The translations under genes and the position numbers were made by a program. From Chrysemys picta bellii (taxonomy: Eukaryota), in the NCBI RefSeq assembly GCF_011386835.1, contig NC_088798.1, forward strand, positions 26,226,001 to 26,290,000: a stretch of 64,000 nucleotides of DNA, given 5' to 3'. Positions within the stretch are counted from its first letter, which is position 1; each line of letters begins with the position of its first letter. Below the pieces are notes generated by a model. It was not told the DNA's origin. It worked only from the letters and a program-made list of their open reading frames with translations, and did no database searches. Below, piece after piece: positions 61,287 to 64,000 of this stretch.

Positions 61287-61620
61287 CCCCAGGGCCGCGA
61301 GCAGGTTTCAAGGGATCTGCCAAGCAGGGCCAGCATTAGACTTGCTGGGGCCCAGGGCAGAAAGCCGAAGCCCCACCACATGGGGCTGAAGCCCAGGGCC
61401 CCAAGCCCCGTCTCCTGGGGCTGAAGCCAAAGCCTGTGCAACTTAGCTTTGCAGGGCCCTCTCCGGCGTGAGGCACTGGGCAAGTGCCCCGCTTACTACC
61501 CCCTAATGCTGGTCCTGGCTCTTATATGCAGAAAAACAGTTGTTGTGGCACAGGGGGGCGGTGGAATTTTTATAGTATGTTGGAGGGGGCGCTCAGAAAG
61601 AAAAGGTTGGGAACTTATTG
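61287..61620. mobile_element. Composite hAT MITE lacking its left TIR, with an inner inverted-repeat module (61325-61517)
   Basis: Right TIR-like ggttgggaacttattg; inner IR cagggccagcattag / ctaatgctggtcctg (14/15); acataa on both flanks. Confidence 0.7.
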
Positions 61621-62800
61621 ACATAAAATTGACCCTCAGAACTGAAACCCAAAAGGTTAAAATTGGAAGTATGTCCTGACAGTAATTGAAAAGCATCTTT
61701 CCAGGTATTGCTCTGAAATAACATCAGCCTAGATTAAAAAAGAAGATTCCCAATTTTCCCAAATTAAATATGTCTGAATAGTTCCTGGCTTTAGCAAAGG
61801 AAACCGCCTCCCCAACTACTTCATTAAAGGAATAAAGAATGCATAAATGGATCATTAAAAAAATAACTAAATAAAGCAAAGTAAGAAAGAAAATGAGAAT
61901 GGAAAGGGGGAAGAGGTTGGCAGGAAGGAGAAAGAGACATAATGAATTTAAACCTACCATGACTAATTTAGCTACATTAAGATAAATTATTAATGTGAAT
62001 TGTAAATAAGAACTGAAACGTCATATGTTAATTTTAGGGTGATACGAAAAAACAACAAAAATCCAAGTCATTTGAAATCATAGCTTTCCAAATATGTTAG
62101 TATCAAAATACCTGGTACAAGCTGTTACTTATGGTTACGCATGGGAGCTTCCACATCCCAAAATTCTGTACCTTTGGGCATTACCATGCAAGCATTTCAT
62201 TCCTACTGGCAATTTCAGGAATTATAATACCTTCCCATAGTTCTTTTCTGGTGCTCTGATATAAGAGACAGCTAAAGGCAACTGCAATAGCCATAAATCA
62301 CTTAGTGACCAGAACAGCTTTGCAACATATCCCAATTACTTATATTATTGTTATTAGCAGGTAAGGCAACCCGACTGGCTCTGCCCAGTATCTTCAAAGT
62401 CTTGATGCACGATATTGCTCTTACTTACAATGGTGTAAATCAGGAAAAACTCCACTGATGTCAATGTAAAACTACAATTAACAGGAACAGCACATTCTTA
62501 ATCTTGCAGTACGTTAAAAAAGTCCCAGACATGTTTTGGGCATGATATTAGCCTTAAGTTAGCAAAACACTTAAGCCCATGCTTAAAATTAAGCACATAT
62601 ATAATCCCATCTCTATTCAGCAAAGCAATAAGTATGTGCTTAATAAATGTATTAAATAAATGAGATAAAGTTAAAGCATGAATTGAAAAACTAAATCACT
62701 GGGATTTATATACTGTGCTGAATGAGGATAGAATCACTCATTTCCTTAAAGTTAAGTGTGTGCTTAGAGCAGAACTTACAAGCTTTTATACACTGAAATA

Positions 62801-62826
62801 TGTGTGTGTGTGTGTGTGTGTGTGTG
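62801..62826. repeat. (TG)13 microsatellite
   Basis: Direct reading of the sequence. Confidence 0.95.
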
Positions 62827-63200
62827 TAGGGAAGCGAGGGAGAAGAGGAAAATGCCTAGTAAGGAGAAAATCTAGTCTCGCACACAGCCTCAGTAAACCA
62901 ATGAGGACTTGTGGTAAATGGAATTATTTTCCCGAATGCAGGAGCAGGGCACATGAGAACATTGCTACAGCTGGTTCATCATTACAGACTAAACCCGGCT
63001 ATGCCTGACCCAGGGGGGTTTTACCCAGTGGCTCTTCATGGCTTGCCATTCCCTATGACATTCTCCAGCATATTCACAATTCTTTCATGTAGTCCCTGAG
63101 AGTGGGCCATAGCAGAGTTTGGCTTCTCAACATTTAGGAGAGTATAAGTCCCCCTCCTCAGCCCTTCTGTATCTGAACTCAGTTAGGATCATAAGGGCAA

Positions 63201-63300
63201 AATCCTTGAGGGGGCCACTTAGGGATCTGGGGCAAAATCAGTACTTGGTCCTGCTAGTGAAGATCCCTTCCAGTTCTAGGAGATAGGATAGGATAGGATA
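63201..63300 (+). mobile_element. 5'-truncated, internally deleted tortoise SINE with (gatag)n tail
   Basis: aatccttgagggggccacttagggatctggggcaaaatcagtacttggtcctgctagtgaag|atcccttccagttctaggagatag. Confidence 0.85.
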
Positions 63301-64000
63301 TAACTGCACCACGTCTTTTCCATTATATTCTGAAACTGCCAAACTCCTCTGTGAGCTGCATAGTTCCACTAATAATGCTATGATTTCCTATCACCATGCT
63401 ATATAAAATCATCTATTTTCACATTATATCTTTTAAAAAACAAATTATTAATGACGTAGGGAGGAAAAGAATGTGGATTTTTTTTGGATGCACATACTTA
63501 TGCTTTCTTAGAATGTTTTATTACTGCAAAGAGTCCTCAAGAACTCTTTTTTTATTTAATGTATGTATTTATTTAAAGTCCATTATAGTAGAGCGAAAAA
63601 CTTCTCAGTTTGCAATATAGGTGTTCTGTATTGTACAAATAGAGCCAAATTCTTCCCTGATTTAGATAAGGGTAGCATCAATAATATTTAGAATTCCTGT
63701 TTAAAACCTGGATGGTTTGAGTGATTACTCATATTTTGTTAGAACTGGAGTTCTTTTAAACCTCTTTTTACCCTGTTATCTCTTATTAAAATGTAATCAT
63801 GCTACTCAGGACTGCAGAATTTCAACAAATATTACTCATTTAAAATAATGCAACTATACAGATTGCAATATTAGACATTTATTACCATTGGGACTGAAAA
63901 TTGTTTTCCTACAGATTATAAATATTGAGATGTAATGGTTTTATTTTTACCCTAGCAAACAAGATATGTATATTTGCTTGGAAACTGGAAAGTCTTGCCA

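Overview
Eukaryotic, AT-rich, CpG-depleted non-coding DNA (large intron or intergenic region), almost certainly from a turtle. The evidence is four tortoise-type tRNA-derived SINEs with CR1 tails, PsCR1-like LINE tails and Penelope-type elements. I cannot support any cellular protein-coding gene, rRNA, real tRNA or CRISPR array; most ORFs in the track come from GC-rich MITEs or decayed LINEs. The window is a layered transposon record: CR1 and L2 LINE remnants, MIR-like SINEs, solo LTRs, hAT MITEs with 8-bp TSDs, PIF/Harbinger MITEs with TAA/TTA TSDs, and a 5'-truncated Penelope-like element with an open GIY-YIG ORF. The best leads are: (i) three minimal hammerhead-ribozyme motifs in Penelope pLTR sequences; (ii) a 107-bp ribozyme-core-bearing Penelope insertion with a perfect 12-bp TSD and twin-priming-like inversion; (iii) repeated nesting of young insertions inside old hairpin elements; (iv) a solo LTR just upstream of a triple splice-donor cluster; (v) unverified candidate exons and enhancer-like tracts. 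Family names come from pattern recognition, not database searches. Boundaries not anchored by a TIR or TSD are approximate. I found no evidence of a wholly new biological system.
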